Both the position numbers and the translations under genes were made by a program. A model generated the notes under the pieces. It made no database searches. It saw nothing but the letters and a program-made list of their open reading frames with translations, and was not told where the DNA came from. This document shows, piece by piece, positions 63,254-64,000 of a stretch of 64,000 bases of DNA. Location: contig NC_068992.1 in the NCBI RefSeq assembly GCF_001194135.2, forward strand, positions 339,677 through 403,676, written 5' to 3'. Position 1 is the stretch's first letter. The number at the start of each line of letters is the position of its first letter. The stretch comes from Octopus bimaculoides. Its lineage: Eukaryota.

Positions 63254-63966
63254 CATATAGCTAAATACAGGTTACCATATTTGAAGTGGTGAACGAAAAA
63301 TAATTTAAAATTAAGTTTCAATTAATTAACTAAAAATTAATTAATTGAAATTGCAACCCTAATGAAAGAAACGTCATTAGCATTAATGAATTTCTTGTTC
63401 TCAGAAAAACAGGGGAGAGAACTACAGGATATTTTAATCAAGCAAAAATTAGTTTTGATTGAGATATGCAGAAGCAGAGTGAAGCTGATCTTTGGTAATT
63501 CTCGTTTGGGTTGTAATTTCAATTAATTATAAATTATTTCCTGCTCATGTTTTTATGTATGGCAGCCTGGACTAAGCAGCTACACGCAGGAGTGGCTGGG
63601 TGGTAAGTAGCTTGCTTACCAACCACATGGTCCAGGGTTCAGTCCCACTGTATGGCACCTTGAGCAAGTGTCTTCTACTACAGCCTTGGGCTGACCAAAG
63701 CTTTAAGAGTGGATTTGGCAGATGGAAACTGAAAGAAGCCCTTTGTATATATGTGTGTGTGTTTGTCCTTCATCAACACTTGACAACCAGTGTTGGCATG
63801 TTTACATACCTGTAACTTAGTGGTCTGGCAAGAGAGACTGATAGAATAAGTACTAGGCTTTAAAAAAAGTACTGTGGTTGATTCATTCAGCTAAAATTGT
63901 TCATGGTGTTGCCCCAGCATGGTCACAGTGTAATGATTGAAATGTGCAACAGATAATATATATAAC

Positions 63967-64000
<34 letters not shown>

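Overview
AT-rich, microsatellite- and SINE-dense animal genomic DNA with 8 assembly gaps. The repeat landscape points to an octopus (inference). One host gene is present: NPHP4 (nephrocystin-4, ciliary transition zone) on the + strand. I traced 19 GT-AG coding exons between 6302 and 52202. Their phases join into one open frame of 3147 nt (1049 codons), roughly human residues 94-1077; the N- and C-terminal exons were not found. The introns hold several tRNA-derived SINE families, RTE, CR1-like and R4/Dong LINE 3' ends, Penelope-like fragments, a DD37D (maT) transposase relic, mariner, piggyBac and Tigger-type MITEs, and a Helitron relic. Most ORFs in the supplied track are microsatellite, gap or antisense artefacts. 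The most notable unexplained signals are: a complete type I hammerhead ribozyme fold on the - strand (40387-40454); minimal Penelope-type hammerheads; two long fold-back elements just upstream of exons; a 5x tandem amplification of an NPHP4 splice donor; two RFX X-boxes; and AT-rich decayed ORFs of possible viral or Polinton origin at 55-58 kb. All homology calls come from remembered sequences and motifs; no database search was run.
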